64,000 nt of DNA, from the NCBI GenBank assembly GCA_938045545.1, contig CALIBN010000007.1:1-64000 (forward strand). The letters are read 5' to 3'. Of the stretch, positions 10,044 through 19,327 are shown piece after piece. Source of the stretch: an uncultured archaeon (GTDB lineage Archaea > Thermoproteota > EX4484-205 > JAAOZP01). Within the stretch, counting starts at the first letter, position 1; each line of letters opens with the position of its first letter. The position numbers and the translations under genes were made by a program. The notes below the pieces were generated by a model, which worked only from the letters and a program-made list of their open reading frames with translations, was not told where the DNA came from and ran no database searches.

Positions 10044-11012
10044 ATGGATGTTCTAACCATCGGCGAAATGCTTGTTGAATTCATAAGGAAAGGGAGAGAC
10101 ATGCCTCACTACGAGACCGGTGAGTATGCTGGTCCGTTTCCAAGCGGTGCTCCTGCGATATTCATAGATGCTGCCTCAAGGCTCGGCTTGAAATCAGCCA
10201 TAATCGGTGCTGTTGGAAACGATGATTTCGGGGGTCTTTTAAAGAGAAGGCTGGCTAATGATAATGTTGATATCACGCACGTGTTCACTCGTGAAGAATA
10301 CACTACTGGAATAGCTTTCGTAACATACTTCTCAGACGGTAGTAGGAGGTTCGTATTTAATCTGAGGCATTCCGCAGCCGCCAGAATCAAGCCGGAGGAT
10401 GTAGATGAGGATTTTGTGAAAATGTTTAAGGTTCTACACATCATGGGTTCCACGCTCTCCATGCATGAGGAAATAAGGGAATCTTGCTATAGGGCTGTTG
10501 AAATAGCTAATAGGACGGGCATGATAGTTACTTACGATCCAAACCTTAGAGCTGAGCTGATAGAGCCTTGGATGATAAGCAAAATATCTAAAAAAATTTT
10601 GGAGGTCGCTGAGATCGTAATGCCTTCTAAGGCTGAGCTGTATGACCTAACTGGAAAGAGAAATCTTGAGGAGGCTTCGAAGGAAATATTTAAGCATGGA
10701 GTGAAACTGTTAATAGTGAAAATCGGTGAGAGAGGCTCCATAGGTATAAGTAGACAGGAGACTGTTTTCGTGCCGGCCTACATCGTTCCAGAGGTTGACC
10801 CCACCGGGGCCGGTGATGCTTTCGATGCTGCAGCAGTATACGGCTATTTAAAGAAATGGGGGCTTAGAGAAATTCTTGAATTCGCCAATGCCGCTGGTGC
10901 ACTGAAAGTTACTAGAATGGGCCCCATGGAGGTTCCAGAGGACATTTCAGAGATCGAACATCTCATGAAAACATGTAGGAAAAGGGAGGTTGAAAACGTT
11001 TTTCAGGATTAG
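10044..11012 (+). CDS. PfkB-family sugar kinase
   Basis: IGEMLVEF, PSGAPAIF, GAVGNDDFG, YDPNLR, VDPTGAGDAF. Start at ATG 10044 preferred over 9960. Confidence 0.9.
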   Translation: MDVLTIGEMLVEFIRKGRDMPHYETGEYAGPFPSGAPAIFIDAASRLGLKSAIIGAVGNDDFGGLLKRRLANDNVDITHVFTREEYTTGIAFVTYFSDGSRRFVFNLRHSAAARIKPEDVDEDFVKMFKVLHIMGSTLSMHEEIRESCYRAVEIANRTGMIVTYDPNLRAELIEPWMISKISKKILEVAEIVMPSKAELYDLTGKRNLEEASKEIFKHGVKLLIVKIGERGSIGISRQETVFVPAYIVPEVDPTGAGDAFDAAAVYGYLKKWGLREILEFANAAGALKVTRMGPMEVPEDISEIEHLMKTCRKREVENVFQD

Positions 11013-11150
11013 ATGGTTCACCCTAGAATGAAACTAAGCCGAAGCCCTCTTCTTGGACCCGGTTTTTCGCACGGGAACTGCAGTATTACTCTCTCATGTT
11101 GAAAAATTCCAACCGTAGATTTTTAAAGTGGAAGACTCTTCTCTCAGAAG

Positions 11151-11786
11151 ATGATAATTAGGAAGTTTGTAGTAGGCCGGTTGCAAACCAATTGTTACTT
11201 GCTTGTTTGTCCGGAAACACGGCAAGCCATCGTGATAGATCCAGGTTTTGCTCTCGAGACCGAGGTTCAGATCATCCTTGGCGAAGCAGAGAAATATGAT
11301 GCAGATATTAAGTATATTGTCAATACGCATTGGCATCCTGACCATACTTCGGGAGACGAATGGTTGAAGAGGGAAACCGGCGCGTTAGTTTTAATCCATA
11401 AGGACGATGTGCCCATGCTGGTGGCCACGCGGGAAGTCGAGCCGTTGTTCGGCATTCGAGTTCAACCCATTACGCCTGATGCTACTTTAACCGATGGAAG
11501 CACTATAGTTTTCGGGAAGATTGATCTTAGGGTTGTGCACACGCCCGGCCATACCGAGGGGAGCATATCGCTGCTCAACCAGCTCGCCATCTTTACGGGA
11601 GATACTCTTTTCGCGGGTTCAGTTGGAAGGACTGACCTGCCCGGTGGCTCGTTCGGTAAACTCATGGACTCGATATGGAGAAGGCTAATGATCCTTCCCG
11701 ATGAAACCAAGATATATCCGGGCCACGGCCCATCCTCAACCATTGCAAGGGAAAAGAAGACGAATCCGTTTTTAACATCGATGTAG
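11151..11786 (+). CDS. MBL-fold metallo-hydrolase (glyoxalase II/YcbL-like)
   Basis: TNCY, IDPG, THWHPDH, HTPGHT, FTGDTLF, GRTDL, YPGHG. Confidence 0.9.
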   Translation: MIIRKFVVGRLQTNCYLLVCPETRQAIVIDPGFALETEVQIILGEAEKYDADIKYIVNTHWHPDHTSGDEWLKRETGALVLIHKDDVPMLVATREVEPLFGIRVQPITPDATLTDGSTIVFGKIDLRVVHTPGHTEGSISLLNQLAIFTGDTLFAGSVGRTDLPGGSFGKLMDSIWRRLMILPDETKIYPGHGPSSTIAREKKTNPFLTSM

Positions 11787-11831
11787 CGAGCTTGCTAGAA
11801 ATCCAAGTGAAAAGTCTTTTTTTCTCATGAG

Positions 11832-12638
11832 TTACATCCACCATCTTTTAAGAGCCTCGAGTATATCGTCGCCCTCGATCTTAATCGTCCTAGTATCGAT
11901 CTTCTTCACGCCCGGCCTTTCTGATAGCGTTTCGGCGGAGCTCTTATTTTCCTCCGTAAACTCGACTATCAACTCCACCGGCTTTCCCACTTTAAACGGC
12001 TTTATACTGCTCACCCTTGTCACCGCGTTCTTCGCGCCCTCCTTGATCATCGCCCTCGCCTTAGCAGGCGTTACGCTTATCGCCGCCCCGTGACTTAACC
12101 CCTCTTTAACGGCTACTGTTTCCAACCCGGGTATCAGTGATTCCGCCTCTTGGCATGCCGCCTTATCTCCCGTGACCAAGACCAGCGGAACGTCGAAATG
12201 CCCTGCTACGGCAGCAAATATCGCTATCTCGCCCGCTTTAACCCCGTTTATCCAAACGTTTTGAATAGCGATATGGCTCTCAGTGTGGCTCAAGTGAGCA
12301 TTCTTCACGCCGGCCATGGCGTGCTGCCCTATTATGAAGGCTGCTTCAAAACCCTTCTCCAAGCCCCATGGTAGTAGGAGGGGCCTGCCTGCAAGAAGCT
12401 TAGCCTCGGGGTTTAACTCTTCTATGTTTATCCCGCCGGCTCCGTGGCCGTCTACTACGAGCACTTCCCTCGCCCCTTGCTCTAACGCTCCCTCAATAGC
12501 AGCATTAACCTCTTGGGTCAAGAGCTTCCTCGAGAGGTCGTACCACCTGCCCTTGGGACTAGCGTGCTCGTCGAAGCTGAAAACCCCTGCAACTCCCTCA
12601 AGATCCGTCATGATCCATAATCTCATCTCATTCCTCAC
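11832..12638 (-). CDS. dppA: D-aminopeptidase, peptidase family M55
   Basis: DLEGVAG, EVNAAIEG, VDGHG, GQHA, SHT, GE, VTGD, VKEG. Confidence 0.88.
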   Translation of the reverse strand: MRNEMRLWIMTDLEGVAGVFSFDEHASPKGRWYDLSRKLLTQEVNAAIEGALEQGAREVLVVDGHGAGGINIEELNPEAKLLAGRPLLLPWGLEKGFEAAFIIGQHAMAGVKNAHLSHTESHIAIQNVWINGVKAGEIAIFAAVAGHFDVPLVLVTGDKAACQEAESLIPGLETVAVKEGLSHGAAISVTPAKARAMIKEGAKNAVTRVSSIKPFKVGKPVELIVEFTEENKSSAETLSERPGVKKIDTRTIKIEGDDILEALKRWWM

Positions 12639-12689
12639 CGCTTACCAGTGCTCAAAAGAAGCAATTAAAATTTGCTGAAAGCCGATGGC

Positions 12690-13748
12690 CTACGTCGTGC
12701 GCTCAAGGCCTTCGCTCAACCATTTCGCCATGAATTCATACGATTTCCTCCCGCTTATCTCGTGTCTCCCCTCGAAGAAGTCTGCGTCCAGTCTATCCTC
12801 GGCTTTCAGCAGGGCATAGGCCCTGCGTATTCGCTCATAGGCGTACTTCGCGGCCTCGATTGGGAATATTGGGTCCTTAGAACCGCTCTCTATCAGCAGG
12901 GGCCTCGGCGCGATTAGGGCCGCCACATCGTACATCTCGCCGTATTTGAGTATCCCCGGTACGTAATTGTCTATGCAGTGGTCCATCGCCAGTATGCTAC
13001 TTCTGAAGGTGTTTATGTAGCCGCTTATAACTACGACCCTAACCCTGTCGTCTAGCGCTGCAGTGAAAAGCGTCGTGGTACCGCCTCCCGATATCCCCAT
13101 CATGCCTATCCTTGAATGGTCGACATCGTCTCTAGTAAAAAGGTAATCCACCACCCTCATAGCATCCCATACCCTTCGGCCTATGGTCGTCGTCCCCATC
13201 ATCAACGCCCATAGGGAAAGCATTTTACACGAGCTCTGCTCGTTTCCCTTCGCGATATCCTCCTTGGTCCTGCGCTCCCCGAAGCCGCTCTGTTCAGGCA
13301 CTATTACGAGAAGCCCGCGTTTAACTAGCTCCAGCGCGAAATCCTTCTGGTATCCTCTGGATGAAGGATCAATACGATCGGTTCCATCCTCCCAAATGCC
13401 CACTAAGTCATCCTTGCCGTAACCGTGGCCGTGCATGGCCACTGCGGCGGGGAGAGGTTTTTCACGCTTCTCCGGGATCAAAACGTACGCAGGTATTGAG
13501 GTGTAAGGATCGCTTCTCAGGACTACTTTTTCCCTAACGTAGCCGGGGTACTGCTTCCTATCTACCGTTTGAGGGGAAATCTCAGAACGTTCGAAGAAAT
13601 CGAGCCCAATAAGCTCAGCAAGCTTTTCCCTGAAGCCTAGGTGCCAAGCCTTCCACTCCGAAAGATCTTTAGCATCGAAGGAGAAGACCCTCTTAACCTT
13701 CTCATACTTTTCTAGAAATATCGTTAAAGGATCGTAGTCCGCATTCAT
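12690..13748 (-). CDS. Alpha/beta hydrolase (acetyl-xylan-esterase-like / abhydrolase_7-like)
   Basis: PAYVLIP, HGHG, GFGER, GISGGG nucleophile elbow, HCIDNYVPG, IAPRPLL, DPIFP, GRH. Confidence 0.8.
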   Translation of the reverse strand: MNADYDPLTIFLEKYEKVKRVFSFDAKDLSEWKAWHLGFREKLAELIGLDFFERSEISPQTVDRKQYPGYVREKVVLRSDPYTSIPAYVLIPEKREKPLPAAVAMHGHGYGKDDLVGIWEDGTDRIDPSSRGYQKDFALELVKRGLLVIVPEQSGFGERRTKEDIAKGNEQSSCKMLSLWALMMGTTTIGRRVWDAMRVVDYLFTRDDVDHSRIGMMGISGGGTTTLFTAALDDRVRVVVISGYINTFRSSILAMDHCIDNYVPGILKYGEMYDVAALIAPRPLLIESGSKDPIFPIEAAKYAYERIRRAYALLKAEDRLDADFFEGRHEISGRKSYEFMAKWLSEGLERTT

Positions 13749-13845
13749 GCCTCTTAAGAGCTTTAACCTATTAATAAAGGTGATGTGAGGCCGGTAGGTC
13801 TAAGGCCAACAAAAACTTTAAAACCTATCTAAGGCCATGATCGCC

Positions 13846-14350
13846 ATGCCCTTACTCCTTTAATTTCGGTCCCGCTTTGGGTTTAGGTTTACCGCTGAGC
13901 AGTATCTTCATGTTCCGACATTCATTTTGATAAATGTCCTCATCGATTTAGAACCATTCCTTTTAATCCTCTTAGATTTGACATATTCTCTACATGGATG
14001 CTTGCACACTTTCTCGCTGGCTATCTCAATGGGCTTAGTTTTCGGTTATGTCCTGTATCTCCTTGAAAAATTTCTACATCCGTTCTACAAAATGCTCCTG
14101 CTGGAGACAGATGAGGACTTGAGGTCCTTCATTGTTGCTGGTGCTTTAGTGGGCGGGGCCTCATGTCCTCTTCGATTCCCAATTCCACAATGACATAAAA
14201 CCGTTCTACCCAATGGCAGAAAATCCACTCTATAATCCATTTCTAAGTCTGGAAATATACATACTTTGCATTTGGATGATGGTATTTGGAATGGTATACT
14301 ACCTTGGATTGCTGGGTCTTACAACCTACAGAAAACCGAAAAAGAAATAA
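13846..14350 (+). pseudogene. Frameshifted membrane protein (DUF4184/membrane-bound hydrolase-like, MPFTPFH-type)
   Basis: ATG 13846 gives MP../FGPALGLGLPL../YLHVPTFILINVLIDLEP...LHGCLHTF.../HVLFDSQFHNDIKPFYP..NPLY in shifting frames; ORF 13927..14193 is only the middle part. Confidence 0.65.
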
Positions 14351-14396
14351 CATCAGTCTAGTAATAAGATAATTATGAAAAAATAACTGGTATTTT

Positions 14397-15953
14397 TTAT
14401 TTGAGGATGTCCCATATGGGCCTCGGGTACTTGTTCTCGCCTAAGATGATGGGCTTCACATCGGTTATCTCACAGAAGTACTTCAATTCTTGAACGCGGT
14501 CTCCGGCGACGGCGTGGATATGGTTAGCCGGGAACATTTCTATGAACTCCTCATACGAGCATTTTAACCTGGCATGCACGTGCGGCCACGTGGGGTCGGT
14601 CTCCGAGTTTATCCTTCTCCTAGTTTCCTCGTCAAGCTCAATGCTCTCCCCTTTCACTATGATCATATAAATCTTATCTTCGAACAAGCCTAGTCTAGCG
14701 AAAGTTAGTTCTCCTGGGCCGGCGTCGAACGAGACCGAGGCCCCTCCAGCCTTAAAGTAGAGTTCTAAAGCAGGGTAGAGCGTAACCTTCCTCAGATTGT
14801 CCTTAGGGTCGAAGCTTCTCGAAGCATACCAGCTTGCATGGTTACCCGAGTTGCAGAAATCCCACACGTCCAAGTCAGGATGGTAAAGCCGAACATCCAT
14901 GAAGAGGACGGGTAGCCCGCCGCTGATATACTTCAGTATCTGCATGGTTAATGCTGCGAAAGCATCAGCTTCAGTAGCGCAGACAGTCGGCTCCTTCGGA
15001 CCGTTCCAGTCATACGGGTCGTTAAGCAACATCTCGGCGACATCAGGTATTACCACGTGTTCGGAAAGCTCCCTCTGGCCTTTTATCCCGCAGAAGTCGA
15101 ACCCCATCTCCTCGTTTATCCTCCTGACCGCAAGATACATTCTTATCTGCTTCCCGAGCGTTTCCCTCGTAAGCATTTTACCGTCGTATTTTATTTCTCC
15201 CACCTTTTCCTCCATCCATCTTAAGCCTTTCTCAACATCCTGATCGCTTATCTCCTTCATTTTCTTAACGAGGAGCAGCTGGTCGACCTGGCTTACAGTG
15301 GTTCCAAAAAACCTCTGTACCGGGACGAGATGGAAATAGCCCGTCTCCATCCCCATAGAATGCCCGCCATACATTCCGTAAACCTCATTCCTGATGTTTG
15401 TTGCAGCTATTGCCGCCATAACCCACTTCTTCACCTTCTCCTTTACCACGGGGTCTTCAGGGTCTCCGACAATCCTGTGCGTCCTGAAACCCGCCTGCCT
15501 CAGCGCGCCATCCGTAGCGAGCAGGCCAACGTTGCCCGGATACTTGCCCTCGTTGTTCGAAAGGCTGAGTATCGGCTTATCCTTCCCCAAGGTATTAACG
15601 AAGGGCCAAACCAGGTATGGAAAATCCCAGACGTTGTAGACTAGGATTACCTGCCTAACCCCCTTGCTCAGGAATTCCTCTCCAACCCTCCTGGCGGAAT
15701 TTATCGAGTTTATGAGCTCCGATGATACAACTGTCTCCGGGGAACCGCCGTCTGAAAACCTTATAGAATCCCTGATGAACCGGCTCCAGTTTTCAACAAC
15801 CCTGTAACATTTCTCATAGTAGTTCGGGTAAACATGTTTCCTCTCGTCGAGAAGCATCGTCAAACCTATTTTAGTATTCTTCATTTTTCCATCGAACAGA
15901 TCCATATTTCTGCTTCTATTAACTTTTTCTCTCGAGACCGCCAGCCCAACCAT
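14397..15953 (-). CDS. fucI: L-fucose/D-arabinose isomerase family protein
   Basis: PGNVGL, SMGM, GIKGQRE, LNDPYDWNG, ATEAD, MDVR, PTWPH, ANH (E/D/H Mn ligands). True start may be 15905 or 15884. Confidence 0.82.
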   Translation of the reverse strand: MVGLAVSREKVNRSRNMDLFDGKMKNTKIGLTMLLDERKHVYPNYYEKCYRVVENWSRFIRDSIRFSDGGSPETVVSSELINSINSARRVGEEFLSKGVRQVILVYNVWDFPYLVWPFVNTLGKDKPILSLSNNEGKYPGNVGLLATDGALRQAGFRTHRIVGDPEDPVVKEKVKKWVMAAIAATNIRNEVYGMYGGHSMGMETGYFHLVPVQRFFGTTVSQVDQLLLVKKMKEISDQDVEKGLRWMEEKVGEIKYDGKMLTRETLGKQIRMYLAVRRINEEMGFDFCGIKGQRELSEHVVIPDVAEMLLNDPYDWNGPKEPTVCATEADAFAALTMQILKYISGGLPVLFMDVRLYHPDLDVWDFCNSGNHASWYASRSFDPKDNLRKVTLYPALELYFKAGGASVSFDAGPGELTFARLGLFEDKIYMIIVKGESIELDEETRRRINSETDPTWPHVHARLKCSYEEFIEMFPANHIHAVAGDRVQELKYFCEITDVKPIILGENKYPRPIWDILK

Positions 15954-15990
15954 GGAACGACAACGCTAGCCGGGTTGAATGATAGGCTTG

Positions 15991-17085
15991 CTATAGGCGT
16001 TTTTTACACTGTTCTCTTAAAAATCTTAAAAATTCATCCTCGAACAGCTTAAGCCTGAGCGGCAGTGGTTCCCGCCATTCTTTTTTGAAGGCAAAGCCCG
16101 CGGTAATCCAGAGCTCACCGGGGCGACGCTCAAACACATAGGGGTAGCTTAACTGCCCACCTCTCTGCCTAGCGATAACCACCGGCTTAGTCCAGTTTTC
16201 ACCATCGTCCTCAGAAAAAGCTATTGAGAGCTCCTCCCTGTGCCAGGATGTGGGCCTTTCCGAAGCTGGTCCTGGTTTAGCTTTCTCCCATACTCTTCCC
16301 TCAGGGTTTAAACGGTTCCATACGAGGACTAGACGGTTGCTCTTCAACCTTAACAGGTATCCTGGAGAATTGCTAGCGTCTATCCGGCTTGGCTTAATTA
16401 TCCGCCAGTATTCTCCACCATCTTCGGAGAAAGCCTGCCAAAACCGGTCAAGAGTTGTCCTTATAAGCATGAGTAAGCGTCCGTCGCTCAACTCCGCTAC
16501 AGTGGGCTCCAACGCTCCATCATGGTGTCCGTGTCCACCAAGGTCGATGAAGTTGCTTCTCCTCCATGTTTTACCCTCATCATCCGAAATCAGGGAGCAG
16601 GCTATGAGTCGGCCAGGGTTTCTGGTTAAGTGTTCAACTGTGGCGACGATCCTCCCGCTCCTGGTCTGGATGAATCCGAAGAAACACGCATTGTAGCCGT
16701 CTAGAAGCCTCTGTCTGTCAACCCATGTCTTGCCACCGTCCAGGCTGCGGGCTGCCCACAATTCCAGCCGGCAGTCATCCTTAGGTTCGCCCTTTTCATC
16801 ATCCCAACTAAATTTGTAGGTTGAGAAATCCGCGTAAACTGTTACGAGCGTCTTTCTCTTAGTCTGTAGTATGTGATACGAGCCGGGCTCCTCACCGTTC
16901 ACGCCCGGTAATACAGATATTGGAGGCGACCAGCTTTTCCCGTCATCCCAGCTTATCTTAACCCCTTCACTGTCTATGGTCATTAAAACGTCATTGTCAA
17001 GAATGATGAAGGGGCCGTTTTTGCTTGCTTCAAGCGGGTGGCAGAGTGGATGCACCCACCGCCCGTTTCCAGATGAACTGTTCAT
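15991..17085 (-). CDS. BNR/Asp-box beta-propeller, sialidase-like, cytoplasmic
   Basis: Five Asp boxes (SWDDGKSW, SLDGGKTW, SDDEGKTW, SEDGGEYW, SEDDGENW), EPTVAEL, C-terminal SYP. Confidence 0.8.
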   Translation of the reverse strand: MNSSSGNGRWVHPLCHPLEASKNGPFIILDNDVLMTIDSEGVKISWDDGKSWSPPISVLPGVNGEEPGSYHILQTKRKTLVTVYADFSTYKFSWDDEKGEPKDDCRLELWAARSLDGGKTWVDRQRLLDGYNACFFGFIQTRSGRIVATVEHLTRNPGRLIACSLISDDEGKTWRRSNFIDLGGHGHHDGALEPTVAELSDGRLLMLIRTTLDRFWQAFSEDGGEYWRIIKPSRIDASNSPGYLLRLKSNRLVLVWNRLNPEGRVWEKAKPGPASERPTSWHREELSIAFSEDDGENWTKPVVIARQRGGQLSYPYVFERRPGELWITAGFAFKKEWREPLPLRLKLFEDEFLRFLREQCKKRL

Positions 17086-18281
17086 CTGCGATCAAACCCC
17101 CTTTCGAAGCTGATTGCTCTTCTCGGGCATATGGATAGGCAGAGACCACAGTTATCGCATTTCTCCTGATCCGGCTCCGGTGTGCTGGCGGGGCCTTCAC
17201 CTAAAGCATCGTAGGGGCAAACCCTTATGCAGACACCGCACTTGACGCATTTCTCAGCATCAATGTAAAGCTGGAATCGTTTTCTTCTTTCAAGCCTCGC
17301 TAAAGGCACGATTTTGTCCAGAGAGATGCCTGAAAAATCGACTATGCTCCGAAACCCTTTATTGGTCATCCACTTCTCAATGCCCCCCAGCATTTCCGGA
17401 ATAATCTTCAACCCGTTTATCATGATTGCTGTACACATCTGAACTGCCGACGCGCCTACGAGAATAAGCTGCACAGCGTCCTCCCACTTTGATACTCCGC
17501 CAGAGCCTATTATGGGCACGCCAAGCTTCTCCATGGCTATATGTGCAGTCCAGCCGACACTAATGGGTGTTTGCCAAGGGCCCCCGTATCCCCCGAAGCC
17601 CCCCCAGGAGGTTGGCTGCATTGTCTCCAGGTCGACGATTAAGCCTTGAAACCTGGCTGTTGAAACAAGAGCGCTAACACCGGATGAAACCATGATCTTC
17701 GCTAATTCAACCGGGTTCGCACCCTGGGGTGTCAACTTGCCTATTATGGGTAGTGACGTGGCTCGCCTAACCGTCTTGACTACTTCTGAAACTTTCTCAG
17801 GGCTGGAGGATACGGCTCTCCCCATCAACCCGCCCTTCTCCAAATGTGGACATGAAAGGTTGAGCTCAACCATGTCTACACCGGCTTCCTCAACAAGCCT
17901 GGCCAGTTTCTCCCATTCCTCAAAAGTTCTGCCAGCAATGCTTGCTATTATCACGCCCATGTAAGCCTTGACCTCTTTCTTTACTTCCCTGATTTGCCTG
18001 AGCCAGAGTTCAGGCTTATACTCTGACATCAGGTCTATAGAGTAGAAAGAGTAAAACCTGTTTCTTAAAGCATCCTCCGGGTTGACCACGAGCATCCTCG
18101 GCTTAGGCTGAACCTGCTGCGTCACGTCGTAAGTTATGGTTTTAGTAACAGCTCCCGCGGCACCAGCTCTTATACATTTCAAAACGTGTTGCGGTGAGAG
18201 CGTTGGAGGCCCAGAGGCCACGATCAGAGGATTCTTAAACTCCACCCCGGATATGTTGACGGACAGGTCTATTCCAGCCAT
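17082..18281 (-). CDS. Dihydropyrimidine dehydrogenase PreA/DHODH-like FMN enzyme with C-terminal 2x[4Fe-4S]
   Basis: NPLIVASGP, KTI, ELNLSCPH, KLTP, GGYGG, GSGGV, VQMCT; CVKCGVCIRVCP and CDNCGLCLSICP. Confidence 0.82.
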   Translation of the reverse strand: MAGIDLSVNISGVEFKNPLIVASGPPTLSPQHVLKCIRAGAAGAVTKTITYDVTQQVQPKPRMLVVNPEDALRNRFYSFYSIDLMSEYKPELWLRQIREVKKEVKAYMGVIIASIAGRTFEEWEKLARLVEEAGVDMVELNLSCPHLEKGGLMGRAVSSSPEKVSEVVKTVRRATSLPIIGKLTPQGANPVELAKIMVSSGVSALVSTARFQGLIVDLETMQPTSWGGFGGYGGPWQTPISVGWTAHIAMEKLGVPIIGSGGVSKWEDAVQLILVGASAVQMCTAIMINGLKIIPEMLGGIEKWMTNKGFRSIVDFSGISLDKIVPLARLERRKRFQLYIDAEKCVKCGVCIRVCPYDALGEGPASTPEPDQEKCDNCGLCLSICPRRAISFERGFDRR

Positions 18282-18285
18282 TTCC

Positions 18286-19221
18286 CTATAGCAGCTTCAG
18301 GCTTTTCAAAGCCTGTTTTATGGCTTCCTTCTCCTTCTCTGACACTGGCTGCAAAGGTGGCCTAACATACGATGTTTTCAACACTCCCATCATTACAAGA
18401 GCCTCCTTGAGACGCGCCCTATAGTCTCTAACTGGCTGTGCGAAAATGGCTTCTTCCAAGGGTATCAGCTCCTCCCATATTTCCCTAGCCTCAGTTACCC
18501 TGCCTTTAGCGAATAAGTTGAACATTTCAACCTGCTGGTCTACAGCTATTGTCCCGAAGCCCAGCAACCCGCCTTCCGCGCCAAGCACGAGGGACTCGTA
18601 TATGAAGTTATCATTCCCCGTGAGAATCATTATCTTCCTGCCTGCTTTCTTCAAAGTGTGGGCGACGTTGACGAACCTCCTAGCGTCGAAAGAAGCCTCC
18701 TTAATCGCTATAACGTTCTTAATACTGGCGAGTCTTAACAGTGTTTCAGGCGTGAAGACTACGCCGCCTAAAGCTTGTTGCAGTTGGAACAGGATGATTG
18801 GTAAACCAACTTTCTCAGATATCTCATAGTGATAGTTGTAGATTACGCTGTCGTTCGGCTCACCTACGAAGGCTGGATGTGGGAAAACCAGCAATCCGTC
18901 TGCACCCGCCTCCTTAGCTTCCAACCCGAGTCTCACCGCCTCCATAGTGTTTCGAGCATGCAGCCCTGCGATTACAGGCATCCTTCCAGCTATAATCTTA
19001 GAGAAGACTTTCAGAATTTTTACGCGTTCCTCAGGGTAAAGGTGAGGCCCTTCTCCCGTATCAACATTGACCGCAACCCCACCGATACCATGTTTCACCA
19101 GCCACCTTACGTAGTCTTCAAGCTGCTCATAGTCAACCTCGAAATCCTTCGTCATAGGTGTTAGAGTCGCTGGGATTAGGCAGTAGTTTTTCAAAGGGTT
19201 CTGAGCCCGCATCCTGGTCAT
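18286..19221 (-). CDS. DapA/NAL-superfamily Schiff-base enzyme (aldolase or dehydratase)
   Basis: TPM..D..VD, TGEG, GADG, IKEAS, TGND, RPPL. Start 19221 inferred from TATA at about 19250. Confidence 0.85.
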   Translation of the reverse strand: MTRMRAQNPLKNYCLIPATLTPMTKDFEVDYEQLEDYVRWLVKHGIGGVAVNVDTGEGPHLYPEERVKILKVFSKIIAGRMPVIAGLHARNTMEAVRLGLEAKEAGADGLLVFPHPAFVGEPNDSVIYNYHYEISEKVGLPIILFQLQQALGGVVFTPETLLRLASIKNVIAIKEASFDARRFVNVAHTLKKAGRKIMILTGNDNFIYESLVLGAEGGLLGFGTIAVDQQVEMFNLFAKGRVTEAREIWEELIPLEEAIFAQPVRDYRARLKEALVMMGVLKTSYVRPPLQPVSEKEKEAIKQALKSLKLL

Positions 19222-19327
19222 GGCAAGAGTCGGATAGCAAGCCATATTAAACATTTTCTTTTCTAGTTGCGAGCATTCTTTTTACAGCAACCGCATAACG
19301 CTGTTTTGGCGGTTGTTCGCGTATTGC

